A DNA stretch of 64,000 bases from Arenimonas sp. (GCF_035312645.1 NZ_DATGBO010000042.1:27701-91700), one strand, 5' to 3'. Shown: positions 12,340 to 23,184, counted from the first letter of the stretch. Translations and numbers: made by a program. Notes: a model not told the origin generated them from the letters alone.

Positions 12340-14133
12340 ATGCACGGCCAGGGCAATCTCGAGCTGTTCCTGATTTTTCTCGTCGCCGCCGTGCTGGCGG
12401 TGCCGCTGTTCCGTCGGCTTGGTCTCGGCGCGGTGCTTGGTTATCTGGTCGCGGGCGCGGTGATGGGGCCGTTCGGTTTCAAGCTGGTGAAGGACCCCGC
12501 GAGCACGCTGGCGTTTTCCGAGCTCGGCGTGGTGATGCTGCTGTTCGTGATCGGCCTGGAGTTGTCGCCGGCGCGACTGTGGGTGATGCGCCGACAGGTG
12601 TTCGGCATCGGCGGTCTGCAGGTGGCGATCAGTGCGCTCGCCATTGGTTTGGCCTGCGCGCTGTTCGGTCTTGGCTGGCGCGCCAACATCGTGATCGGTC
12701 TCGGCCTCGCGTTGTCGTCCACCGCCGTCGGTCTGCAACTGCTCGCCGAGCGCAAGGAACTGACCACGGGTTACGGCCGGCTCGCGTTCGCGATTCTGCT
12801 GTCGCAGGACCTGGTCGCGATCCCGTTGCTGGCGCTGATTCCGCTGCTGGGCGAAGTACAGACCGCCGCACACGCCGCATCACCGGGTTATGCCGTGATG
12901 AAGGCGGTCGGCATGATCGCGCTGGTGGTGATCGGCGGCCGCCTGTTGTTGAAACAATTGTTCCGTGCCGTCGCCTGGACGCAGATGGGCGAGGTGTTCA
13001 CCGCGACCTCGCTACTGGTCGTGGTCGGCACGGCCTGGCTGATGCAGCTCGGTGGATTGTCGATGGGTCTGGGCGCGTTCCTCGCCGGCGTGCTGCTCGC
13101 CGATTCGGAATTCCGTCACGAGCTCGAAGCGCAGATCGAACCGTTCAAGGGTTTGCTGCTCGGCCTGTTCTTCATCTCGGTTGGCATGAGCATCGACTTG
13201 CAACGGGTGATGGCCGAGCCCGGCCTGATCGCCGCTGGTGTGCTCGCATTGGTGCTGGTGAAGATGCTGGTGTTGATCCTGATCGGCTGGCGCCCCGGCA
13301 GCCTGCCAATCCGTCAGGCGCTGATGCTGGGTGCGGTGTTGGCGCTCGGTGGCGAATTCGCCTTCGTGGTCTTCGGCGAAGCGGCGAAGGTCGGTTTGAT
13401 CGAGGCAGCATTGCGCGATCGCCTGGTCGCGATCGTCGGCCTGTCGATGGCGGTGACGCCGCTGCTGGTGATCGCGATGTCGCGCTTCCTGCGCGAGCAT
13501 CCGGAGCCGAAAGAGGAACGCCCTGCCGACGTGATCGATCAGGAAGCGCCGCGGGTGATCATTGCCGGCTTCGGACGCATGGGCCAGATCGTCGGACGCA
13601 TTCTGCGCGCGCAGAAAATCCCGTTCATCGCGCTCGAGCACAACACCGAACAGGTCGCGCTGTCGCGCCGCTTCGGCACCATGATCTATTTTGGCGATCC
13701 ATCCAAAGCCGACCTGTTGCGCGCCGCGCACGCCGAGCGCGCGGAAGTTTTCGTGCTGACCACCGACGATCCGGAAGTGACTGTGCGCACCGCGCGCATG
13801 CTGCGCCGGCTGTATCCGAACCTGAAAGTATTTGCGCGCGCGCGCAATCGTCAGCACGCCTTCAAGCTGATGGATCTGGGCGTGGAAGTGATCCGCGAAA
13901 CTTTCCACTCCAGCCTGGAACTGAGCCAGCAGGTGATGGAAGCGCTGGGCGTCCCCCCCGACGTCGCCAGCGACCGCCGCGAGCGTTTCCGCATGCACGA
14001 CGAACGCATGATGCGCGAGCAGCACCTGATCTACGATGACGAGGCGGCGCTGATCGCCAATTCGCAGCAGGCGTTGAAGGATCTCGAAAGTCTGTTCGAA
14101 GCGGACGAAAGGCCGGAGCAGGGAAAAGCCTGA
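12340..14133 (+). CDS. CPA2-family K+ efflux antiporter (KefB/KefC type)
   Basis: LFVIGLELSP, HELEAQIEPFKGLLLGLFF, KTN domain IIAGFGRMGQIV, YFGDPSK, ARARNRQHA; kefB versus kefC not distinguishable by eye. Confidence 0.9.
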   Translation: MHGQGNLELFLIFLVAAVLAVPLFRRLGLGAVLGYLVAGAVMGPFGFKLVKDPASTLAFSELGVVMLLFVIGLELSPARLWVMRRQVFGIGGLQVAISALAIGLACALFGLGWRANIVIGLGLALSSTAVGLQLLAERKELTTGYGRLAFAILLSQDLVAIPLLALIPLLGEVQTAAHAASPGYAVMKAVGMIALVVIGGRLLLKQLFRAVAWTQMGEVFTATSLLVVVGTAWLMQLGGLSMGLGAFLAGVLLADSEFRHELEAQIEPFKGLLLGLFFISVGMSIDLQRVMAEPGLIAAGVLALVLVKMLVLILIGWRPGSLPIRQALMLGAVLALGGEFAFVVFGEAAKVGLIEAALRDRLVAIVGLSMAVTPLLVIAMSRFLREHPEPKEERPADVIDQEAPRVIIAGFGRMGQIVGRILRAQKIPFIALEHNTEQVALSRRFGTMIYFGDPSKADLLRAAHAERAEVFVLTTDDPEVTVRTARMLRRLYPNLKVFARARNRQHAFKLMDLGVEVIRETFHSSLELSQQVMEALGVPPDVASDRRERFRMHDERMMREQHLIYDDEAALIANSQQALKDLESLFEADERPEQGKA

Positions 14134-14524
14134 GCGCAGGAGGTTTCGCAGGCCCGGCAACGTCAACTTCCGAATAATCCGGACAGGAAAACCTTCATTC
14201 GACAGCGCCGGCAATTGCCAGCACAATGCGCCGCAGCGCGGGACTGCTTGTCCTGCCGCATCCAGGCGCAGCAACATCGCGCCGAACTCAGGGGGCTGGG
14301 GAATGCAGAGCAACGATCCGGGCGTATTCGCCATAGGCCGCGTGTGGCGATTTTTCGCCTGCGCTTTTTTCCCCTCGCCACGACGCCACGACCACGTTGA
14401 TCGTGCGCACCGCGACCACAGCCGCGCCGGATCGGGCCGCTGACGATTCTCAAGTACTTGCACTGCACTGCCCGAGTGATCGGGCAGCGTTGATTCCATC
14501 CAGACAGTTTTCCAGGGGCACGAA

Positions 14525-17500
14525 ATGATCATCTCGCTCAGCGCCATCGCCGCCGCTTGCAAAGGCCGCGGACTTTTCGTGCAACGCACTTCGACCCGCT
14601 TCGTCGCGGCGCTGCTGCTGACCTTCGGACTCGTCGCCTCGGCGCAGGCGCAGGTGATGAACTTCACCGGCGCCTCGCCTTCGACCTTCACCGGCCCCGG
14701 CCAGGTCATCACGTTTTCGCTGACCTTCAACCAGTCCAACGCGATCACGCAGTCGATCTCGCTCAACAACATGAACTACCCGGGCTCGGCCCTGTCCTGC
14801 GCGGGACTGCCGCTGGCGCCGAACGGCAGCACGACCTGCACCTTCACCTACACCACGACCGCCGCCAACAGTTTCGATATCACCGAGTTCGGCATGTTCA
14901 CTGCCCTCGACCCGAACAACATTCCGCGCAGCGGCAACATCAGCAACCAGCAGGTCGTGCCCCTCGTGGTGGCGACCACGCCCTCGGCCTCGATGTCGCT
15001 GTCACCGGGTACGGTGCTTGAAGACGGCGCCAGCAATCTCGTCTACACCGTTACCCTGAGCCAGGCGGCGACCGCCGCGACCACGGTCAATATCACCACC
15101 GGCGGCTCGGCGATCTCGGGCACCGACTACACCGGCGGTGTCGCGTCGGTGACCATCCCGAACGGCGGCACCACCGGCACCATCACCATCAACCCGACCG
15201 CGGACACCGTCGTCGAGCCGAATGAAACCGTCACCCTGACTATCGCTGCCGGCACCGGCTATACCGTCGGCGCCGCACCGAGCGCGACCGGTACGATCGT
15301 CGACGACGACACGCCGAACCTGTCGATCAACGACGTCGCGATCAACGAGGGCAATGTCGGCACCAGCAACGCGACCTTCACCATCAGCCTGAGCGCACCG
15401 GCGCCGGCTGGCGGCGTGACCTTCAACATCGCCACCGCCGACAACACCGCCACCGGCGGCATCGACTATGTCGGCAGGGCCCTGAGCGGCCAGACGATTC
15501 CCGCGGGTAGCACGACGTATTCCTTCGCCGTGGTGGTCGATGGCGACCCGCTGTTCGAAAACAACGAAAGCTTTTTCGTCAACGTCAACAATGTCGCCGG
15601 CGCCATCGTGGTCGACGGCCAAGGTCTGGGCACGATCAACAATGACGACACCGCGCCTACCGTGTCGATCAACAATGCCAGCGTGACGGAAGGTAATTCC
15701 GGCACGGTGACCGCGGCATTCACGGTGGGCCTGAGCGCCGCCAGCGGACTGACGACCACCATCAACTACGCGACCGCCAATGTCAGCGCGACGGCCGGCA
15801 GCGACTACACCGCCACCAGCGGCACCCTGACCTTCAATCCCGGCGTGACCACGCAGCCGGTCAACGTCACGGTCAATGGCGACAACACGCCGGAAGCGAA
15901 CGAAACCTTCAACGTCGTCTTGTCATCGCCGTCGAACGCGACGATCGGCACCGGCACCGGCGTCGGCACGATCACCAACGACGACACGCCAGTGACGGTC
16001 AATCCCGGCAGCCTGCCGGCTGCCTTTGTCGCCAGCGCCTACAGCCAGACGGTGACCGGTGCCGGCGGCAACAACGGCCCCTATGTCTTCACGATCACGG
16101 CTGGCAGCATGCCGGCAGGCTTGACGCTGTCATCGGCCGGCGTACTCAGCGGCACACCGACCGCGAGCGGCACGTTCAACTTCACCATCAAGGCCACCGA
16201 CAGCAGCGGCGCACCCGGTCCGTATAGCGGCACCCAGGCCTACACGCTCACCGTCAATCCGCCCGCGGCGCTCGTCTTGCCGGCAACCGCGCTCGCCGGC
16301 GGCACGCTCGGTTCCGTGTATTCGGCAGCGCTCAATCCGGCCACCGGCGGCACGGCGCCCTACTCGTATGCACGCACCGGCGGCGCCCTGCCGGGCGGTG
16401 TGACTCTGAGCAGCGCGGGCGTGCTCGGCGGCACGCCGACGGCGCTCGGCACGTTCAATTTCACTGTGACTGCCACCGACAGCACTGGCGGCGCCGGGCC
16501 GTACACCGCGAGCCAGAGCTACAGCATCGTCGTCATCGACAACCCGCCGATCGCCGGTGCAGTCAGCGCCACCGTCGCCTTCAACAGCGGCGCCAATCCG
16601 ATCACGCTCAGCCTCAGCGGCGGCACGGCCGTCTCGGTAGCGATCGGCACCGCGCCTGCGCACGGCACGGCGAACGCGAGCGGCACCAGCATCACGTATC
16701 AGCCGAGCGCGGGTTACGCCGGCAGCGACAGCTTCACCTACACCGCCACCAACAGCGGCGGCACATCGGCGCCGGCCACGGTGACGATCACGGTGAGCAG
16801 CCCGACCATCACCGTCACGCCCAGCGGTGGTTTCGCCGCGACCGTGGGCATCGCGTATTCGCAGACCTTCACCTGGGCCGGCGGCACCGCGCCTTACGGT
16901 ACGTATGTGGTCAGCGGATTGCCGGCCGGCGTTGCGATCACCGGCAGCAGCAGCAACAGCGTCACTGTTTCCGGCACGCCGACGGCAGCGGGTTCGTTCG
17001 CGTTGACTGCCACGGCCACCGACAGCAGTACCGGCACCGGTCCATTCACCGTCGGCCAGCCGTTCACGCTCAGTGTCGCCGCGCCGACCCTGGTGCTGGC
17101 GCCAGCAAGCACGACGTTCACGACGCCGTATGCCGCGCCGTATTCGCAGGCATTCACCGCCAGCGGCGGCATCGGTCCCTACAGCTACGCGCTGACCTCG
17201 GGCGCGCTGCCGGCAGGCGTCAGCTTCACCAGCGCCGGCCTGTTGAGCGGCACGCCGACCGCACCGGGCAATTACTCGATCGCCATCACCGCTACCGACA
17301 CCGGCTCCAGCGGCCTGGGCGCGCCGTTCGCGGTGACCAGCAACTACACGCTGGCAGTCACCGCCCCGACCATCGTGATCACGCCAGCAACGCTGCCGGG
17401 CGTCACTGCCGGCACCGCCTATTCGCAGACTCTGTCGGCGAGCGGTGCGGTCGCGCCATACAGTTACGCCTTGAGCGCAGGCAGCCTGCCGCCCGGCATA

Positions 17501-19312
17501 TCGCTGAGCTCGGCGGGCGCCGTGTCCGGCACGCCGACCAGCGCGGGCAGCTTCAACTTCACGGTCACCGCGACCGATGCCAACAGCCAGACCGGCAGCA
17601 TCGCCTACACCGTGGTGGTCGCAGTGCCGGTGCTGACGCTGACACCGGCGACGGTTCCCGGCGGCACCGCGAACACTGCCTACAGCCAGACCTTCTCGAC
17701 CAGCGGCGGCATCGCGCCTTACACCTACTCGCTGAGCAGCGGCGCTCTGCCGCCGGGAATCAGCTTCAGCAGCGCCGGTGTGTTGAGCGGCACGGCGACA
17801 TCGTCGGGCACCTTCAATTTCGCTATCACCGTCACCGACAGCACCGGCGGCACCGCCGCGACGACGACCAGCAGCTATGCCCTGGTGATCGCCGCGCCAA
17901 CGTTGACGCTGATCCCGGCCAGCCTCGCTACGGGCGTCGAGCACGTCGCCTACAGCCAGACCTTCACCGCCAGCGGCGGCATCGCGCCGTACAGCTATGC
18001 AGTGACGTCGGGCAGTCTGCCGCCCGGGCTTGCGCTCAACGCGAGCAGCGGCGTGCTCAGCGGCGCGCCGAACGCGAACGGCAGCTACACGTTCGCGATC
18101 ACCGCCACCGACAGCACCGGCGGCACGCCGGCAACGATCACGCAGAGCTACACCGTGCTGATCGCGCTGCGTCCGGATCCGTCGAAGGATGCGGAAGTTC
18201 TCGGCATGCTCGATGCGCAGGTCGCCTCGACCAGGCGTTTTGCGGAAGCGCAGATCGGCAATTTCCGCTCACATCTGGAAAGCCTGCATGACGGCGGCAG
18301 CTCCGCTGGCGGCATCGCCAGCAACCTGAGTTTCAGCAATGCCAACACGGCTTATGGCACGAACAGCCAATGCCTGCAGCCGACGCTGACACACAACGTC
18401 ATCGACTGCCCATCGCCGCGCCTGAACGACACGACGATGCGCGCCGACGATGGCGGCAGCGCGCCGAAAGCGAACAACGACACGCTGTTCAATCTCTGGG
18501 CCGGCGGCGTGATCCGCACCGGTGACCGTGACGACCGCATCGGTCGCAGCGGTTTCGATTTCGAGAGCGACGGCGTGAGCCTCGGTGCCGACTATCGCGT
18601 CGACTCGTCCTTCGTGATGGGCGCAGGCATCGGTGTCGGCCACGACAACACCGATGTCGGCCACAACGGCAGCCGCGTCGACGGCAATGCCTACACCGCC
18701 GCGCTGTACAGCAGCTTCCATCCGGCCTCGCACTTCTATCTCGACAGCCTGATCGCCTACCAATGGCTGTCGTATGACCTGAAGCGCTTCATCACCAGCA
18801 CCGGCGGCCAGGCGATCGGCAAGCGCGATGGCAATCAGTGGTTCGTCTCGCTGTCCGCGGGCGGCGAATTCCAGCACGGCGGCCTGCACCTCACGCCGTA
18901 CGCGCGCTGGGACTATGCCCGCGCCAATCTCGATGCCTACACCGAGCTCGGCGATCCGGTCTGGACCCTGCATTTCAACGAGCAGCACATCAACACGTCG
19001 ACCTTGAATCTCGGTCTGCGCATGGACTGGCGCCACCTGACGAACTGGGGCGCGTTCTCGCCGCAGTTCCGCGTCGAGTACCAGCACGACCTGAACAGCA
19101 ACGGCGACGCCCTGCTGACCTATGCCGATTCGATCGCCGGACCGGTGTACCGCGCCAGCCTGCTCGACTCCGACAAAAACCGCCTCGAACTCGGCCTCGC
19201 CGGCCTGTTCGAACTGGCGAACGACTGGAACTTCCGCGTCGAATACCGCCATCAGCAAAGCAGCAACGACCAGAGCCAGGCCGTGCAGCTGAATGTCGAG
19301 AAGAAGTTCTGA
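14525..19312 (+). CDS. Autotransporter adhesin-like protein with Calx-beta and putative Ig repeats
   Basis: Extended signal peptide; three Calx-beta-like repeats ending GTI.NDD/DDD; about seven YSQ.....GG..PY Ig-like repeats; C-terminal beta-barrel ending NVEKKF. Confidence 0.88.
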   Translation: MIISLSAIAAACKGRGLFVQRTSTRFVAALLLTFGLVASAQAQVMNFTGASPSTFTGPGQVITFSLTFNQSNAITQSISLNNMNYPGSALSCAGLPLAPNGSTTCTFTYTTTAANSFDITEFGMFTALDPNNIPRSGNISNQQVVPLVVATTPSASMSLSPGTVLEDGASNLVYTVTLSQAATAATTVNITTGGSAISGTDYTGGVASVTIPNGGTTGTITINPTADTVVEPNETVTLTIAAGTGYTVGAAPSATGTIVDDDTPNLSINDVAINEGNVGTSNATFTISLSAPAPAGGVTFNIATADNTATGGIDYVGRALSGQTIPAGSTTYSFAVVVDGDPLFENNESFFVNVNNVAGAIVVDGQGLGTINNDDTAPTVSINNASVTEGNSGTVTAAFTVGLSAASGLTTTINYATANVSATAGSDYTATSGTLTFNPGVTTQPVNVTVNGDNTPEANETFNVVLSSPSNATIGTGTGVGTITNDDTPVTVNPGSLPAAFVASAYSQTVTGAGGNNGPYVFTITAGSMPAGLTLSSAGVLSGTPTASGTFNFTIKATDSSGAPGPYSGTQAYTLTVNPPAALVLPATALAGGTLGSVYSAALNPATGGTAPYSYARTGGALPGGVTLSSAGVLGGTPTALGTFNFTVTATDSTGGAGPYTASQSYSIVVIDNPPIAGAVSATVAFNSGANPITLSLSGGTAVSVAIGTAPAHGTANASGTSITYQPSAGYAGSDSFTYTATNSGGTSAPATVTITVSSPTITVTPSGGFAATVGIAYSQTFTWAGGTAPYGTYVVSGLPAGVAITGSSSNSVTVSGTPTAAGSFALTATATDSSTGTGPFTVGQPFTLSVAAPTLVLAPASTTFTTPYAAPYSQAFTASGGIGPYSYALTSGALPAGVSFTSAGLLSGTPTAPGNYSIAITATDTGSSGLGAPFAVTSNYTLAVTAPTIVITPATLPGVTAGTAYSQTLSASGAVAPYSYALSAGSLPPGISLSSAGAVSGTPTSAGSFNFTVTATDANSQTGSIAYTVVVAVPVLTLTPATVPGGTANTAYSQTFSTSGGIAPYTYSLSSGALPPGISFSSAGVLSGTATSSGTFNFAITVTDSTGGTAATTTSSYALVIAAPTLTLIPASLATGVEHVAYSQTFTASGGIAPYSYAVTSGSLPPGLALNASSGVLSGAPNANGSYTFAITATDSTGGTPATITQSYTVLIALRPDPSKDAEVLGMLDAQVASTRRFAEAQIGNFRSHLESLHDGGSSAGGIASNLSFSNANTAYGTNSQCLQPTLTHNVIDCPSPRLNDTTMRADDGGSAPKANNDTLFNLWAGGVIRTGDRDDRIGRSGFDFESDGVSLGADYRVDSSFVMGAGIGVGHDNTDVGHNGSRVDGNAYTAALYSSFHPASHFYLDSLIAYQWLSYDLKRFITSTGGQAIGKRDGNQWFVSLSAGGEFQHGGLHLTPYARWDYARANLDAYTELGDPVWTLHFNEQHINTSTLNLGLRMDWRHLTNWGAFSPQFRVEYQHDLNSNGDALLTYADSIAGPVYRASLLDSDKNRLELGLAGLFELANDWNFRVEYRHQQSSNDQSQAVQLNVEKKF

Positions 19313-19335
19313 GGCAGCGATTCCGATGCAGCAAT

Positions 19336-19369
19336 GAAGACCGCCGCATTTGCGGCGGTCTTTTTTTTG
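19336..19369 (+). terminator. Intrinsic terminator of the autotransporter gene
   Basis: GAAGACCGCCGCATTTGCGGCGGTCTTTTTTTT. Confidence 0.85.
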
Positions 19370-19452
19370 CCGCGTGAACCGCGTTCGCATGGGTGCGATG
19401 GCATGTACGGAATGCTTGCTCCGCGCACGCAGCGGACGGTGCCATTCTTTCT

Positions 19453-19548
19453 CGTCATTCCCGCGAAGGCGGGAATCCAGCGACTTTCCTTGTCGCCTGG
19501 GTTAGAGAAAAGCGAAGACGCTGGATTCCCGCCTTCGCGGGAATGACG
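19453..19548. repeat. CGTC-type palindromic repeat doublet
   Basis: CGTCATTCCCGCGAAGGCGGGAATCCAG ... CTGGATTCCCGCCTTCGCGGGAATGACG perfect inverted arms. Confidence 0.88.
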
Positions 19549-19616
19549 TTCTTCTGGGATATTTTTCGCAAGTGGCGTGCTCCGGGCGCGTGCAACACAT
19601 CGCGCATCCGGTGCCA

Positions 19617-22600
19617 CTACCGCGGCTCGCGCAAAAACCTCGCCAGTGACGGTGCGCCGCGCGCCGGTTCGAATTCCGCGGCGATGTCGATGTAGCCGCG
19701 CAGCAGCGCGAGGTCGTGCGCGGTGCGGCCGAGGGCGTCGCGGCGCTGGCGGTCGGCGCCTTCGCGCAGCAGGCGCTGGACCACGCGCGACAGGCCGTGC
19801 ATCGCCGCCATGTGCAATGCGGTCAGCCCGCGATTGTCCTGCTGGTCCAGCGATACGTCTTCGCCGAGCAGACGATCGAGCACGGTCAGCAGCACGTCTT
19901 CATCGCAGGCCGCACCCGCTTCGGCGCGTGCGCCGAGCAGCAACAGCAGCGGCGTCTGGCCGGCGGCGTTGGCGCGGTCCGGCGGCAGGTCGGCCATCAG
20001 CAACAGATCGAACAAGGCGAGCACGCGCTGGCGTTCGCGTGCGGTGAACGCATGCAGCGCCGCGCAATGCAGCGCGCTCAAGCCTTGGTCGTCGATCGCA
20101 TCGACATCGGCGCCGCGCGCGAGCAGGCGCCCGGCGATTTCCGGCAAACCCAGCGCCGCCGACAACATCAGCGGCGTAACACCGCCGGGTAAAGGTTGAT
20201 TGGTGTCGGCGCCGGCCTGCAGCAGGCGATCGACGACGGCCAGATGCCGCATGCTGATCGCCGCCGACAACGGCGTGGCGCCGGTGCGTGCGCTGACGCC
20301 GGCATTGGCACCGCGTTCGATCAGCACCTGCACAATGCTTTCATGACCACCGCCAGCCGCGCGCAGCAGCGCGGTGCAACCCTGGTGATCGACGGCATCG
20401 ACCGATAGGCCGAGATCGAGCAGGCGCGCGACGGCATCGACATCGCCGCCGATCGCCGCTGCCGGCAAATCCTGCGGCTGCAGCGCGCGACCCGGCAACA
20501 CCCAGCCACGCCATTCCAGCCAATGACTCAGATCGCTGCGGCCGGCCGCGAGCGCGATGCCGAGCGCGGTCTGCCCGCCGGGTGTGCGCGCTTGTGGCAG
20601 GCCGCCGAAACGCAGTAGCAGGCGCAGCGCGTTTTCGCGGCCCAGCGCCGCCGCGACATGCATCGCGGTCTGGCCGCGGGCATCGCGGACGTTGGGATCG
20701 ACGCCCGTGAGCAGCAGCAATTCCGCGAGCCGCGACCAGCCCAGACGCACCGCCGCGATCAGCGGCGGATCGAGCGTGGCGCGCGCGCCGAACGCATCGG
20801 CGCCGCGTTCGAGCAAGGCGGTCGCCAATTGTTCGTTGCCGCGCGAAACATATTCGCCGGTGAGGCAGGCATCGAGAAAACGCGCGAGACCACCGAGGCC
20901 GCCGACCGGCTGGCCGCGTTCGAGCAGACGCCAGAGCGCCGCCTGCGCCGGACCGCCGCGATCGAGCAGATGAAACAACACGCTGTCGTGTTCGTCCGAG
21001 GCCAGATCGGCGGAGGCGCCATGCCGGCACAGCCAATCGAAACAGGCGAGGCCTTCGTCTTCGGAAAATTCCAGCAGCAGCGCCGACAACGCTTCCGGCG
21101 ACGGGCCCGCACCGAGACGCAGCATCGCCTCGGCCGATTCGAAACGTTGCGCGCGCAGCGCCTCGCGCAGCAGTTCACGCGGTGTCTTGTCGAAATGACC
21201 CTCGGCCAGGCCTTCGGCGACATTCGCCGGCAACGCATAATCGGGATCGAGCACCGATACCTGCGGCCAGCGTCCGCCTTCGATCGCATAGTCCATCGCG
21301 CGGCGACCATCGGCATCGACCTGCAACGGATCCACGCCCAGCGCGAGCAACTGCCGCAGCACATCCGGTGCGGCGCCAGCGATGCTCGCCAACACCAGCG
21401 CGTTGCGTTGCTGCGCATCGCGCGCCTGCGCGTCGGGCCGCGCCTGCGCGAGCCGCTGCACGGCCTCGAGTTGTCCGTGTCGCGCCGCCTCCAGCAAGGG
21501 CGTCAAGCCCTGCGCGTCGTGCGCATTGCGGTCGGCGCCGGCATCGAGCAGCACGCCGACGATGTCGGCATTGCCGCAGGCGCAGGCCTGCATCAGCGCG
21601 GTGCGCTGCTCGAGCCCGCGCGCATCGACGCGCGCCTTGTGCCGCAGCAGCAGTTGCACGCCGGCGGGATCGTCCTCACCCGACACCGCCGCGAGCAACG
21701 CAGGCTGGCCGCCGGCCGGTTCGGGCTTCGCGCCGTGTTCGATCAGATAGCGCGCGAGCCGCCAGTTGCCGGCGTTGCAGGCGATGCCCAGCGCGCTGAA
21801 ACCTTCGCCATTGAGCGTGTCGACCTGCGCGCCGGCATCGAGCAACAGGGCCGCGACCGCGGGATCGGTGCTGCGCGCCGCGTGATGCAGCGGCGTGTTG
21901 CCTTCGTGATCGGCCGCGCGCGGATCGGCACCGTTCGCGAGCAAGGTCATCACCGCCTCCGGACGACCATGCCAGCTGTCGCGCGTAGCCGCGAGCAACG
22001 GCGTGAGGCCGCCGTGGGCGAGGTTGAGATCGACGCCGCGCTTGATCAATTCGCGCAGCAGTTTCAAATCGCCCTGCAAGGCCGCGAGCATCGGCAGGCT
22101 GCGCTGGTCGCGATCGCCTTCGCCGGGCAGCGCATGCGCATTGCCACCTTCGGAAAGTGCAGCGAGCGCAGCATCGGCGCGACCGGCGCGCAAGGCAGCG
22201 TAAAGACGCGCATCGACGGGCAGATCCGCGTCGGCGGGATCGGGCGCGGACTTGTTTTCGGTCGCGCGCACGACGCTGTCTTCCTTGATCGGCAGACGCG
22301 ACGGCAAGGGCGCCAGCGCCACCGGACGATGCACGAACGCATGCACGGCCAGCGACAACAAGGGGTAAGCGATCAGCAGCGGCAGGCGCGCGATCACCGG
22401 CACCACCCCGGGCCAGGCCAGGCACAGGCCTAGTGCGAGCAGCGCGAAAACCGCCAGTGCGATGCCGAGGCCGCGCGTGGATTCGCCTTCACCGCCGCGA
22501 CCCGAAGCCGACAGCAACGCAGCGAACGACTGCGGCTGGCGCGCCGCCTGCACGAACGACGGCCACATCCGCCACAGCACCAGCAACACGCAGCCAGCCG

Positions 22601-22922
22601 ACAGACTCAAGCCCAGCGCCGGCATCAACTCGCCGCTCTCGCGCAGACTTTCCAGCGGCCAGGCCGCGACTGCCGCGAGCAGGCCGCCCGCGAGCAGCCA
22701 CAACAGCGCGATGCTGGCGAGATCGGCGAACAGGGGAAATTTCGGCCGCGCCAGATCGCGGCTTTCGCGCAGCAGACTCCAGCCGAACACCAGCAGCGGT
22801 TGCGCAAGCAGCAACAGCAACGCGATCAGCACCGGCATAGCCAGCAGCAGCGCCGACCAGGCCAGGGCGAGGCCGAGCAGCAACACGGCCCAGGGCCGCC
22901 AGCGCGAGCGCGACTCAGCCAT
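19617..22922 (-). CDS. Ankyrin-repeat protein with N-terminal transmembrane region
   Basis: Hydrophobic N-terminal ~200 aa; many ankyrin motifs (GNTPLHHAA, GLTPLLEAA, GQTAMHVAA, GCTALLRAA, GLTALHMAA). Confidence 0.88.
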   Translation of the reverse strand: MAESRSRWRPWAVLLLGLALAWSALLLAMPVLIALLLLLAQPLLVFGWSLLRESRDLARPKFPLFADLASIALLWLLAGGLLAAVAAWPLESLRESGELMPALGLSLSAGCVLLVLWRMWPSFVQAARQPQSFAALLSASGRGGEGESTRGLGIALAVFALLALGLCLAWPGVVPVIARLPLLIAYPLLSLAVHAFVHRPVALAPLPSRLPIKEDSVVRATENKSAPDPADADLPVDARLYAALRAGRADAALAALSEGGNAHALPGEGDRDQRSLPMLAALQGDLKLLRELIKRGVDLNLAHGGLTPLLAATRDSWHGRPEAVMTLLANGADPRAADHEGNTPLHHAARSTDPAVAALLLDAGAQVDTLNGEGFSALGIACNAGNWRLARYLIEHGAKPEPAGGQPALLAAVSGEDDPAGVQLLLRHKARVDARGLEQRTALMQACACGNADIVGVLLDAGADRNAHDAQGLTPLLEAARHGQLEAVQRLAQARPDAQARDAQQRNALVLASIAGAAPDVLRQLLALGVDPLQVDADGRRAMDYAIEGGRWPQVSVLDPDYALPANVAEGLAEGHFDKTPRELLREALRAQRFESAEAMLRLGAGPSPEALSALLLEFSEDEGLACFDWLCRHGASADLASDEHDSVLFHLLDRGGPAQAALWRLLERGQPVGGLGGLARFLDACLTGEYVSRGNEQLATALLERGADAFGARATLDPPLIAAVRLGWSRLAELLLLTGVDPNVRDARGQTAMHVAAALGRENALRLLLRFGGLPQARTPGGQTALGIALAAGRSDLSHWLEWRGWVLPGRALQPQDLPAAAIGGDVDAVARLLDLGLSVDAVDHQGCTALLRAAGGGHESIVQVLIERGANAGVSARTGATPLSAAISMRHLAVVDRLLQAGADTNQPLPGGVTPLMLSAALGLPEIAGRLLARGADVDAIDDQGLSALHCAALHAFTARERQRVLALFDLLLMADLPPDRANAAGQTPLLLLLGARAEAGAACDEDVLLTVLDRLLGEDVSLDQQDNRGLTALHMAAMHGLSRVVQRLLREGADRQRRDALGRTAHDLALLRGYIDIAAEFEPARGAPSLARFLREPR

Positions 22923-23184
22923 CGCCGACGCCGCCTTCCACGAGGGGGTCGAGCACGGTCTGCGGTGCCTGCAGATAAAAGCCGCGCTCGATCAGATTGC
23001 TACGCACCACCGCGACGTCGGCGCGCGCGAGTTTGCGACCTTCGATCAGCTCGACAACGAGCACGAATTCCAGCGCTCCCAGCGGCAGCCGCACCGCGTC
23101 CGGAACGAGCGCGAAAGCGTCCTTCTCGCGCAGATAGAGGTAGGCATCGGGTTTGCGCAGGGATTTGTAGACGAAGGCTTGCAT
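22915..23184 (-). CDS. YcgL domain protein
   Basis: VYKSLRKPDAYLYL..F..VP..L..GALEFVL..RKLARAD...V..NL.ERGFYLQ.P. Confidence 0.8.
   Translation of the reverse strand: MQAFVYKSLRKPDAYLYLREKDAFALVPDAVRLPLGALEFVLVVELIEGRKLARADVAVVRSNLIERGFYLQAPQTVLDPLVEGGVGDG

Noticed and set aside
14457-14467. CTTGCACTGCA shared with 52594-52604, upstream of two envelope loci
   Set aside because: A single 11-mer match among several kb of intergenic DNA is expected by chance, and it does not fit sigma54 spacing.
19334-19546. Short ORFs over the CGTC repeat (VIPAKAGIQ / RHSREGGNP peptides)
   Set aside because: These are translations of the palindromic repeat and terminator, not genes.
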